From Cenococcum geophilum (Eukaryota): a stretch of 64,000 nt of DNA. The stretch lies in NCBI GenBank assembly GCA_050273025.1, contig CP158635.1, forward strand, positions 12,462,001 through 12,526,000, read 5' to 3'. The notes under the pieces were generated by a model. It did no database searches. It saw only the letters and a program-made list of their open reading frames with translations, and was not told where the DNA came from. Shown piece after piece: positions 13,961 to 24,726 of the stretch (positions are counted from its first letter, which is position 1; every line of letters begins with the position of its first letter). A program made the position numbers and the translations under genes.

Positions 13961-14848
13961 GTATGTTTATAAAACTAGAAATTTTAACTATCTAAACTTA
14001 TTCGCAGGTTTACGGAATCCATCCCTAGTAACGGCGCCGCGGCATTTCCTCTATACTCTTAAGGCTTTCCTTTTAACGTTCACGAAATCTTGTCTTTAGC
14101 TTAAAAATCTAAAGGCTTCTCTATCCAGATTTATACCTTACCCATTTCTTAGGCGTTATTGGCGTTAATAAAGGTAAGTTTTATGCTTTATAAGTCCATC
14201 AGTTTTACTATCCTTCTATATAGTATAATATACTAACTATCCTTTATTTAGGACATGCTAGACAATCTCTAGTTGCTAGTAAGCTCCTAAACTGCGCTGT
14301 ACTTTATATTACAGGTATTGGGTTAAGACACGCTTGCCTGTCTTGTGTAATGGCGCTAGGGTAAGATACGATGCGATTTATCTTTAAGGAATGTTTTGGT
14401 CTCTTCTAGCACTTTTTATATTTAACGGTAATCTTAGTAGATTGGCATATCTTAAGTATAGAGAAGTTTATAATTCGACGAATTCTTTTAAGTATATTAA
14501 TAGTAAAAGAGAGGATTCGTGATATAAACGAATAGGTACTATAATGCCTAATAATATAACAGGTCTCACAACTTATAAGGCTCTGTTTTGATTAAATATG
14601 CATAACACAGATAAGTTGGTAGCAAAATTTGGATAAAAATGGCTGCATACAGCAATACCGTGTTAAAAAAATGCACTTAAATAATTGGACTACTAAATGT
14701 AAACCCCGGCTTCCTATTTCCGCGGGACTAACTAAAATATAAGGATACGCCTAAGCTACTAGCCCCGTCCCTTTTATATGGTAACTCTACCCTTTATTTC
14801 CGCAACTTTAGAAAAAGAGTGCACCTATAACGATCTAGCTTTGGCTTA

Positions 14849-17650
14849 TCAAATGCGTCTTTAATAAAACTTAAGGGCATCTTTAGAATTTAAAAGCCCG
14901 CTTTTATAAACCTAGGTGGGCTTCTAAGCCACCTTATATTTGCGCCCTAACTTAGTTATTCTTTCCCCTAAAATATTATTGATCTCCCATTTATTATCCA
15001 AGCTCACTTTATTAATTTTATCTTTTTTAGTCTGGGTATAACGCTTTATAGCAGGCTCTGGGTTTAAAACGTCGCTCTAGTTATTAGCGGCGCCACCGCT
15101 ATTACCGTCCTCGTCCTTATTATAAGTATAATTACTAGCCTTATTATGCGGCGGTTTAGAGCTATAGAGAAGAGTAGGCTCCTAAAGCGAAGGGCTAGCG
15201 GGCTGTAGAGTGGATACCGCTTGCTAGTTAACTTGTAGGTATTAAGAGTTAAGGTCGGGTATAGGGGGGCTAGAAGACAAGTCTTCGCGATAGGCAGGTG
15301 GCCTTTATTACTTCTAGGGACGCGAATTATTACCACCCTTACTACCCCCGCTACTCTCTTTAGTAGGGTTGTTAGAATTATAATTAGTAACGTCGTCCCG
15401 CTTAAGCTTCCGCTTCTTTAGCATAAAGGATAATTCGCCTTCCGTATTCCCTTTTTCGTAATTACCCTCCCTAATAAGCGGATTGTCTATATATTATGGT
15501 TATTAGGTTGTGGTAACGATATTTTCAATATCTATAACTTACTAATATTATCTATATTATTGGCTATTAAGGAGTTTTGGTTAGTTACTATGTGGGTCTC
15601 TAACTTCTGTATAGCCTAGGGGACAGTTATAATATTAATTCCCTTAGCTAGGCTATCTATTTCATTGACGTCTTCTGCCGTAGGTTTAAGATGGTTATAT
15701 ATAGATGCGCTAAAGAGATCTTCCAGCTCCTTTAAAGAAGGTAACTCCTTATCCTTATTGTCCTTATCGCTGTGGTCATTTCCACTACCTAATAATTATT
15801 AAGCAAGGCCGTTGTATAGGGGGGAAGTATATACCTAACCCATAAGGTGCTAGTTAATCGCCGACTTTATTAGCTTTATTGTTAGTATTACTAGCTCTAT
15901 CCCCTTCGGCTTTGGGTTCTAAGTCTAGGTTAACTATATTATCTTTAATAAATATTAGATTCGCTACTGCCCATTAAACATATTTATAGTTATTAGAAAA
16001 AGGAGGGGATAATTACTAAATTACCTTAATTACTTCCTCTAGCGTCTTAGCTGTTACTTATATTCTTATAAATATCTTCATACTCGTTAAAAGCCTTAGG
16101 ATCTACGGGTGCTTTATTAGGTGGAATATTTAAAAAAAGTAATATAGAATAACTTGCCTAAGCGTAACCAGGCCAAATATTTTACAGAATTATCTCTTAG
16201 AGGGAAGTAAGGTACTCTCCCCTTTTTTATCCTTTTTTTAAGTATATTACTTACATTTGCCTTAAAAGCCGTAATTATATAATACTAAGAAGCCTTCGGT
16301 TTTTTAGGGGGTGCAGTATAGAAATTAATATTATTAAGTAAAATTTATAAATTAAAACGGAGGGGTTAAGAAGATGCTATTGTTGTTACCGCTATTATTA
16401 TTAGAATTATTATTGCCTTATGCCTTTCTAATAGCCCTAAAGGACGGGTTACGCTAGGCTTTTAAGTCTACGCCAGTCCCCTCTTCACCACCAGCTTATA
16501 TCCGCAGTATCTATACTAAAATAACCCTATTAACTTAATAGCAAATTAAAACATGTAATCTACGCTCTGTTAGCAATTACCGTTCACAATATATAAAGGT
16601 TTATATGGGCTTAAACTCTATTATAAGATTAACGCCTATTAGGAAACTATAATCGAGACCCAACTAATTAAGCTAGTACATTTAGCCTCTAATAGGGGCA
16701 TTACACTAAGCCTCCTTATTAAGGAGGTTAGTAGTAAAGTACCTCTACCCTTATTCCTTAGAGTTAGAGCTAGCGCTAACACATCCGTTTTTTAACCCAA
16801 TTATGCTAGCAAACTAGATCTTCCGTACTAAATCTTTTATAAGACTATAGTTTCTAGGGTTAAATAGGTGGGGGGCGTGCCGTAATTCTGCTATAAGTAT
16901 TAAAAGACACTCTAAGTAATAAGGGCATCCTTAAATCTCTCCCCTAGATCTAAGGAACTTCCTTAGTCATACTCTATGGAGCCTATAGCCGCTACTTAAC
17001 CTCCTAAATATATATAAAAGCCTTACTTTTATCCTTACCTATAGCCGGATATCACAAACAATATAAGGGGGTAGATAGCGCGAGTAGATTAGGCGATCAC
17101 GCCTATATCTATCTTACTATATCCTTTTAGCTAATGCAGCCACCGTATAAAGTCCGTCTCCGTTAGGAGATTAAATACGCGAATTTTTCTCTAGTATTCG
17201 TCAGCTAAGAGCAAGATTATAACACTAGCTCTACTAGAAGCCAGGCTATACTACTAGATAGGCCGTTTACCCCTAGATTCCGCCTTATAAGTCTTAGGTC
17301 TATATAAAGAATATTTCCGTATAACCTATACCTCCTTAGCTAAATAGGGGGCTAGATTAAACTAAAGCCCGGTGGCTTCTCTAATCGTAATGCAATCCTC
17401 TAATTATTAAGGAAGAGTAAGGTCTAGGTCTAGGTTAAGAAGGCGCTAAGGAGGGCGAGGGCTTCTAGCTTCTAGCGGCGCAGCTTTAACCAAGCTAAGT
17501 AACTAGCATCAACCTATAGTTTCGCTAAGGACCCACTTCGGCGTCCGGCTTCGCCTTTATTGTGATGCTGTAATGCGATACTGCCTAACGCGTCCTATAG
17601 CTCGCAGTAGCTGTAACCCGTATAATCTATTACTAGGCGGTTTTCGGCAT
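14849..17650 (-). pseudogene. RIP-inactivated multi-exon gene(s) ending in a chromodomain
   Basis: The C-terminal frame at 14850-15005 reads KWEINNILGERITKLGRKYKVA*KPT*VYKSGLLNSKDAL (de-RIP EWEIDNILGER..G..YKVAWKPTW..), a chromo-like signature. A long upstream frame starts at ATG 17650, with a TATAAAAG at ~18,075-18,081 (minus). Whether this is one gene is uncertain. Confidence 0.55.
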
Positions 17651-18184
17651 AGCTATTTATATCTATTCTAATAGGGATTAAGTTGCATATTATAGTTACG
17701 TCTGAGACACTGCTAGAGGCGGAGGTAAAGAAGAGGATAAACGGAAATGTTATTCTGGTGCACTAATCGGTAGGAGATATGGGCAAAAGAAGAGGAGAGA
17801 GAAGAGGAAGAAAGGAGGAATATGGTAGGACTAAAGCATGCGTTAACACTAGAAGAGAGTATAAATGTGTCCTATAGAAAGGGCCGAAGAGTTATAGCGC
17901 TAGGTAATCGTTAGTATAAAATATATAGAGATTAGGGAAAAGGTAGAGCACCTATATAAACGCTAAGGGGATAGAAAATGCCTTATGGCTAACAGCTAGA
18001 GTCCGAGGTGGCACGGTAGCGGGAAAGAAAAGAGGAGATAGAGCATAAGGGCAAAAGTAGTAAGGGAGAAGGCCTTTTATAGTTGAGGTTAAGGTTGGGT
18101 CTTAGCTAAACTAGGGTAGGAAAGCGAGCGCGCCTTGTTTATAAAGGAACCTCCATTTCCTAATGCGTGGTCTCCATTTTATTT

Positions 18185-19051
18185 TTTACTAAAGAACTCT
18201 TTAATTGGATTTAAATCCGGTAAGTACATAGGCAAGTATATAAGCTTTACTCTAGCTCTCTTAAAGAGAGTAGTAATATACGGTAAGTAATAGAAGCTTA
18301 TATTATCTATAATAACTACTAATCTTAGTGCTAGATAAGGATTATAGTAAGGTAAGAGGAAGTGTTTAATCTAATAGTTATAGCCTTCTGCGTTTGTTAA
18401 GCTACTATATACTAATAATACTAGCACGCCTTTAACGGTATAGGCGGGTAGTATATTAACTCTTTACTTACTATGGTTGTACGGTATATATAAAATAGGT
18501 ATAACTCCTACTGGTAACTAAGACGCCTTCTATATACTAGTCTTTAAATTAGCTCTAGATTTATTTATAAACACTAGCTATTTAACGGTGAATTATAAAA
18601 TATAGGCCTAGTATAAGTTGCGGTCTTTCTAGCTTTGCTTAAAAGTAACTCTATAAGCCTTATATACTTAGCAGCTTCCTTATATATATAATAAAAGCTT
18701 TCTTACTAGCTTCCTATTCTAGCCAGTAACTCTTAATTCTGCACTAAGCGTTTGCCTACTTATAATAATCTGGTATTAATTATAGATAAACTATATTATT
18801 TTGTTAAGATATATATTTGGGGCATTATTTAATTGGTAAAGCAATGCGATGATTACCTTATTGCTTAGTAGGCGTCTTAACTTATATTTGCGATTAAGCT
18901 TTGTCTTTCCGTGCAGCCTTAGATTTCTTTAAATAGACTAGATTAATCTAGTAGAGCAGTTAGCTTAACGGGCGTATTAACGTTTAGTTGTACTAGCTAT
19001 AAGAAGGATTTCAATAAAGGCGTGCTGCTAACTGCCTATATTTGGAGCCAT
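18185..19051 (-). mobile_element. RIP-inactivated Tc1/IS630-type (DD34E) transposase gene, 3'-truncated
   Basis: ATG 19051 (MAPNIGS..), one intron (GTAAGA ~18,707). Motifs are LVFINKS (=LVFVDES), ILPAYTVKG, VIIDN and YLPMYLPDLNPIKEFF (=YLP.YSPDLNPIEEFF), with 34 residues between the second D and E. Similarity stops right after FFS. Confidence 0.88.
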
Positions 19052-19202
19052 ATTAATAAGAGGAAGAAGCTTTAGAACACCACGATCTGGTATAGATATC
19101 ACGACTTTAGTAGGCAGGGGGCAATAAGATTAGCTTCAAATTCGAGGTGGCTCTGGTGGCCTAAGCTAGGGCTACACACTACACCTCTTCCTGCTAGCCC
19201 TA

Positions 19203-19969
19203 CAGTTGGGTGTCATAAGTGTCCGTACTAAGCGAATTTTCAAGACAACCTACCCTATTAAATTATATATAACAACCATATAATTAATTTTAAAGCTTTA
19301 AAAAATAGCTGAAGTTTATATTATATATTAAATCTAGCTATTACAGCTTTTTTTTTAGTTTAAAACCTATAACTCTTTTAGAAATCCTATTAGTTCCCTA
19401 ATAAGATCTATAATATTTAATATATATTTTCTACTACTAGATATTAATTTTTTTTAAAAAAAAATTAATATCGCATAAAGATTTATATTTATTGTAACTT
19501 AGCATATTTAGAATATCATTTTAAAAGTATAAAAGTTTATTATAACGTTATAAAGTTGAAATTTTTTATTTTGTATGAGGAATTTCAATTTTTTCTACTT
19601 TTTTGACTTTATAACCCTACAATAATTTTTTATATATTTTAAACAAAAATTTAAATATAGAGAGTCTTAGTAAAAGCAAATCTCTATAAAATATCAGAAT
19701 TTTAAGAAATATTTTTAATCCCTAGTAGTAGAAAATATATGCTAAATATAGTAAGTTTAGTAAAAAATTGGTAAAACATCGAGGCTTTTAATAAAGGACT
19801 GTAAAATATAAGACTTTAAAAAAAGTTATAATAGCTAGATTTTATATAGTAATAGGCCTTATAACTATTTTAAAGCTCTAGAATTAATTTTGTGGTTGCT
19901 ATATAGTAATTTAGCAAAAAATATCACATTTGGTGTGGTCTGGGCACGGACACTTATGACACCCCACTG
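19203..19969. mobile_element. Non-autonomous Tc1/impala(mimp)-like element, 767 bp, TA target duplication
   Basis: 24-bp TIRs CAGT(T/G)GGGTGTCATAAGTGTCCGT with 1 mismatch, flanked by TA at 19201-2 and 19970-1. Extra internal inverted repeat at ~19,260-19,445 vs ~19,715-19,912. Confidence 0.9.
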
Positions 19970-20413
19970 TACATACTAATTTAGCTGCAGGTTTAGCGAA
20001 ATTAGATGTGTACCGCTGCGCGCCAGGGGGGGGGGAGAAGCCGAAGCTCGTACAGGCTGTAGAGTGTAAGTTTCGTGGAGCTCCTCTTTAGCATTTGCAA
20101 AGAACTGACTGAAATGGTAATGTATCTCCAAGTTGGACTTTTGCGCCTTCTCCGACTTGAACGTGCTGGGTGCTCACGAAGCATGAAGTCGATTTCGCTA
20201 GCGACTGTAGCACGAGCAAAAACCGGGGAAAGCCTCCATGCTTTCCACGCCTGCTCCCTGGAAACCCTCTGCTCCGTAGAAATATAGCTGTGACAGCAAC
20301 ACCAAAGCTTCTTTCTTGAACAATCTGCATCACCGATCGACTGCAACATCTCCAATCGGGCTCCACGCCAACCATTCCAACTTGAGCCACACATAATTCC
20401 CTCCACATTCACA

Positions 20414-21148
20414 ATGCCATCACCTACAATTGCCATCTGCAAATTTGTCGGCACTATTAGCTTGGGTCTGCTCACGGTACGCGCTCCGCTCTCCACTCTC
20501 CGGTCACCTTGACATCTCTCCACCATGTTCTTCGCGCAATCCACCATCATAACCCCAATTGCCAACCCCAATTCCCTTCTTTCCTTCATCTCCTCTTCCT
20601 CTACATCCACCCCAGCAATCCCACCCCACCCTTCCACCCTATCCAATCCACCATCCCTGCCCCTCCCTCCCCTCCCCACCACCCCCCAACTCCAAAAAGC
20701 CAACCAACTAACCAAACCCCAGGGCGTCTCCACAACCCACAGCACCCTAACCCTCCCCTCGCTCCTCGCCCTCCCCACCGCCCCAACAGCCCACACAACC
20801 CTCTCAACCCTCACACACTCGACAACACACCTCACCCGCTCCCTCCGCCACCTCTCCACCTTCGCCCTCCTGGCTGCCTACTTCCTCTCCCCCCGTCGCA
20901 GCCGCCACCCCTACCTGCTCTACACCTCGCTACTAGCCCTGCTCTCCGGCCCCGCCGTCGACTACGCCTTCGCGCGCCCAGCCCAGCCCACGGCTCGCGT
21001 TTCTTCTGCCGCTGGGGAGGAAGACGTCAACGGCGAGCAGGTGCGGCAGGCGGTGGAGCAGATGCGGGCGGTGGAGGGCGTGAGGGCCGGCGTTGCGGGG
21101 GCGGCATTCGCGATGGCTGTGGTGGGGATTTGGGGGGATGGGGCCTGA
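20414..21148 (+). CDS. ATG33: Atg33/Scm4-family mitochondrial outer-membrane protein (~162 aa); exons 20414-20476, 20723-21148
   Basis: MPSPTIAICKFVGTISLGLLT|GVS..LPSLLALPTA..AYFLSPRRSRHPYLLYTSL..VNGEQVR..AFAMAVVGIWGDGA matches remembered family motifs. Intron GTACGC..ACTAAC..CAG is in frame. Confidence 0.8.
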
Positions 21149-22243
21149 GGTGCTTCGTTTTGCCGTTGCTGGGTCGGCGGTCCGGGAGTGAGTGGCGGGA
21201 GTGGCGTGGGGCTGCGCGTATTATCAGTATGTCGTGGGACTGCGCGTGTCATTAGTATGTGTGGGACTATGGATGAATCGGATCAGATCGGGTTAGGGTG
21301 CTGGAGTTGCGGTAGATTGGTGTATTGGTATTTGGCGGGCTATGCTGGATCGGCTGGCAAGCAGACAGATGGATGGATGGGTTAGTGGAGGGCTGGTCGT
21401 GGGCTGGTGAATATGGTGTTCGGTGATGTTTGCCTTTGTGGGGTTCCATTGCTTTTGGGGTTCCGGGGGGACAAGTTTGGGGAGGGGGAATCTCTACTCG
21501 AAGTATGGCGTCTCTACTTGAATGCAGAAAACGCTGACTCCTCTCTCACTCTCTCTTATCTGCGTGCGAGCTCGCCGTGCATTGATATGCTTCTAGGCGT
21601 GCCGATTGGTGCAGCGCTGAGGCCGGATTTGTTCAAAAGTATCAACCACAGTGGTGCTGCTATCTAAGAGTATCCGTCATGGCAGGGTCGCTTTGCAGAA
21701 GTCGCAACCGCGGAGTTGTCAAGAGGTTCGAAGAAATCAGTGGTGTAGCAATTCAGTAAGGGATTTCAAGATTAAGAGCATGGCAATCACTGTTAAAGCA
21801 GAGACAGAAGAGTGATCACAGCGCATTGGGAACATTCTATCGAAGAAGAGAGTGTACAAAGGAGAAGAAAGAAGAACACCAAGTCACCTCTAGCAAACGC
21901 AAACCCAATCCCACTCATCATCCCCGTAAAAGAACAGTAGTGAGAACCACCAACTCATTACACAAAGCCTCTATCGTACAGATGATCGAGAATAGGATGT
22001 TAACATCTCTTAGACTTGTGGCCGGTCAGCCCGAAGACCATTGTCGCACATGCAGCCACCTTTGTGTACTGCCTTGAAGTAAGCTACGACTCAACCTATG
22101 CCAACGCAAGGTTAACACAAGAGACGTTGCTAGAAGGCTGTGGAAGTTTCATCACTTACACTTCTTGCCGGAGTCAGAGCAGCAGCATTCACTGCAGTCA
22201 CAGCCGCCGACTCGACCAGGGCTGCAATCCGATTAGTCTCAGC

Positions 22244-22947
22244 TCACTGTTGATGAGCAGGATCAGACTCACTATCACCGTCCCTGGCATCCTTGCGCTT
22301 AACCATGCTGTGACCACCCCACAACTCATGATCGTCCTCATCATCCGAATCGTCTGTGGAGGAACTGTCATAACTAGTCGCGTCCCCTTCAGTTGTGTAA
22401 AAGTCCGTTTCTGAGAATTCATCTTTTTCGCCCTTATTGCGGACCCTTGTAATAGTGTATCTCGCTGAGAAGCTACAGCAAGAAAATCGATAAGAATCGA
22501 TGAGATGAGACCAAGACACTTACTATCGTCGAAAGCTTAGATCATCAGTGTCAGAGCCATTACCCTCAGGCCGGTTTCCTGGTTCGAGCCAGCCTATGGG
22601 GGGTCTACCAAAAGCAATCATAGCTCCAGGCCTAGCTAAACCAGCAGAATGGGTGGAAGTGGAAGTAAAATGAGGCACCACCGGGGAGCTTGCATGGGAA
22701 GATTGACTAGGATGAGAGGTTGACTTCAGTCAATGGTCGGTTTCCCCACCTCACGTTGGTCTAGCCTGTTTGATTCGACTTCGCGCCAGTTGATAATCGT
22801 AAATGGTTCGAGGCCTGACCTGGGTTGTGCATCGTTACGCTTGCCTCCATGTTTAGAAATGCTTGAGATGGCCATCGTTGTTAAGGGTCTTGTGATCAAG
22901 GTAGTTTTGGCGATCGCGGTCAATGTGCTTGTAATCAGAGTAGCCAT
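22244..22947 (-). CDS. Possible small hypothetical protein with acidic C-terminus; exon structure unresolved
   Basis: ACCATGG start at 22947 (MATLITSTL..) and a downstream acidic frame (DSSSTDDSDDEDDHEL) ending at 22244. No recognised domain. Confidence 0.25.
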
Positions 22948-24726
22948 GGTCAGCCTAATCGGGCTAACCACATAAGATTTACATGCGGCTTGCAATGTCC
23001 GTGTAAAGTGTAGACCCAACACACCCCTCTGGAGTCGTAAGCTACGAGGGTACAGTTCTGATCTGGATTCTGCCATTTGCCACGACTTTTATGCTTGTAT
23101 ATGGACATGTAGAAGCTTTGGATGTCAGCATCATGGCATTTTCCTTGATGGCGAAATCTTTGCCCGACTGAGGGCCTGTGCAGTGAAGACTGACAAAAGG
23201 TGAGATCGTGATCTTTGAACGTCTCGCAGAGGTAGGTGTAAGGAGTTGGGCCGCGATAGCGAGGGACTACACGGCATGGAATGGTTAGACAAGTCTCACA
23301 AAGACGGCAAAAATTGAAAAGCTGAATGCGTTCCGAAGCCGTGGTAACATGAGGCGTGTTCGCGACGCTGTGTAGACCTGTCGGCCTGGTGTCGATCACT
23401 ACTATATCAAGGTTAGATCAAGAGTGCCTGTGACTCATCTACCTCTTGTATATAGAGGCTCCAATGCCTCATTTCAACAAGACAGAGTTCTCATTCTTGA
23501 TCGTCCGTTCGGCAGGACCGACAAGAAAGGCGAAGTGAAAAATATATGAGGTATGTGAGTGGGCCATGGGCAAGGGAAATTAAGAAAGTATGGACACTTT
23601 GAAGAGGCGTTGAGCCAAGGGCACGTCGATTGAAGGTCTACTGGAAGAGCAGAAGGACAGAAGACTTACCAAGAATGCTCTGATCATGGTGGCCGTGTCT
23701 TTGCTTGCGGGTATGAAATCGCGTTCCTTGAAGATGATCAAAGTCAGTGAAAGCATATCAATTGGGGTGAGGGATGAAAGACTCACCTGAACGACAAGCA
23801 AAGGGAAGGAACTGATGCTTCGAAGTTCTGAGGGGCCAACGTCAGTTCACCATGTCAAGTGGAAGACATACCACACGAGAACAAGCCGCAACTTGGGTTA
23901 ATGATGCCTAGGATTGATGAAGAAGTTAGTGGATGGCCATTCAATGCAACGAGAAGCGGGTGAAGGAAGCCGACCGATGGATAAGAGCTGTTCGCTGCGA
24001 TGTAAAAGAAGAAGAAGAGAAAAATGGGTGACGACGAGATTATATCCTTCAGTCTTCTGCCAAGATTGTTTGAACACCTCCCGGGCAACTGCTGTGAGGC
24101 AAGTGGAAAGTGTCCATACGGAAGGAATATGTCCAAGAGCAACCCGGTCAAAACACAGGACCAGATCGACTAGATTTGAAGAGCTGAGAAGGTTCTAGAT
24201 GCACTCTAATTGAATTTATCTGATGGTGACTGCAAGGGATTCGGCATGTCTCGATATAGCTCGTGCTGGGGTTACATCGCATTCTACTACACGCAGTGTC
24301 GAGGCATTATCTCTCAATCAAGCCTTACAATCGTCACGCCAATATTTTAGCTAACAGGCTTGCATTACCCTCAAGGCAAGCTCTCCCTTAAATTCAGATG
24401 CGGTAGCCACTTCTTTAGTAAATTTAATGGAAAGTTGCTGATTTGAAGACGACAAGTCTTGTGACGCTCTTACTAATGATTTCTGAACTTGCTTTTCTCT
24501 CCGCATCATACCTGGCAAAGGCTGCCTCCTGTCATACTCCATAATGCCGAAAGGCCTTCCCTATTTTCCAGTCTCCCTAAAATGTTATGTAGAAGAAGCA
24601 AAGGATGTTGGGCATGGAAGACAACCGTAAATCATTATTAATATTTTTAATCTAATTATACACTAAGAAACAACCAAGGAGAAAATTATCTAACAGTCGA
24701 TTAGCAAGAGCCTAATTATTCTTGAC

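Larger units (their letters stand above)
1..19990. other. AT-rich, RIP-degenerated block
   Basis: Strong excess of TpA (TAG, TAA, TATA) and depletion of CpA/TpG, with no long intact ORFs. Composition switches sharply to balanced at ~19,990. Confidence 0.93.

Noticed and set aside
14849..17650. Starship captain (DUF3435) as first gene of the left block
   Set aside because: No tyrosine-recombinase motifs were recognisable in my de-RIP translation; only the chromo-like end is supported.
19051..19969. MITE TIRs as the ends of the adjacent Tc1 transposase element
   Set aside because: Both TIRs with TA duplications lie upstream of the transposase and enclose no ORF, so it is a separate insertion.
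20002..21255. ORF-track frames 20002-20859(-), 20509-21255(+) and Met 20525
   Set aside because: Shadow frames of the C-rich ATG33 gene and its intron; the spliced model from 20414 explains the conserved motifs.
22950..24600. Several 60-150 aa ORFs on both strands
   Set aside because: No domain pattern or coherent exon chain; treated as intergenic or decayed.
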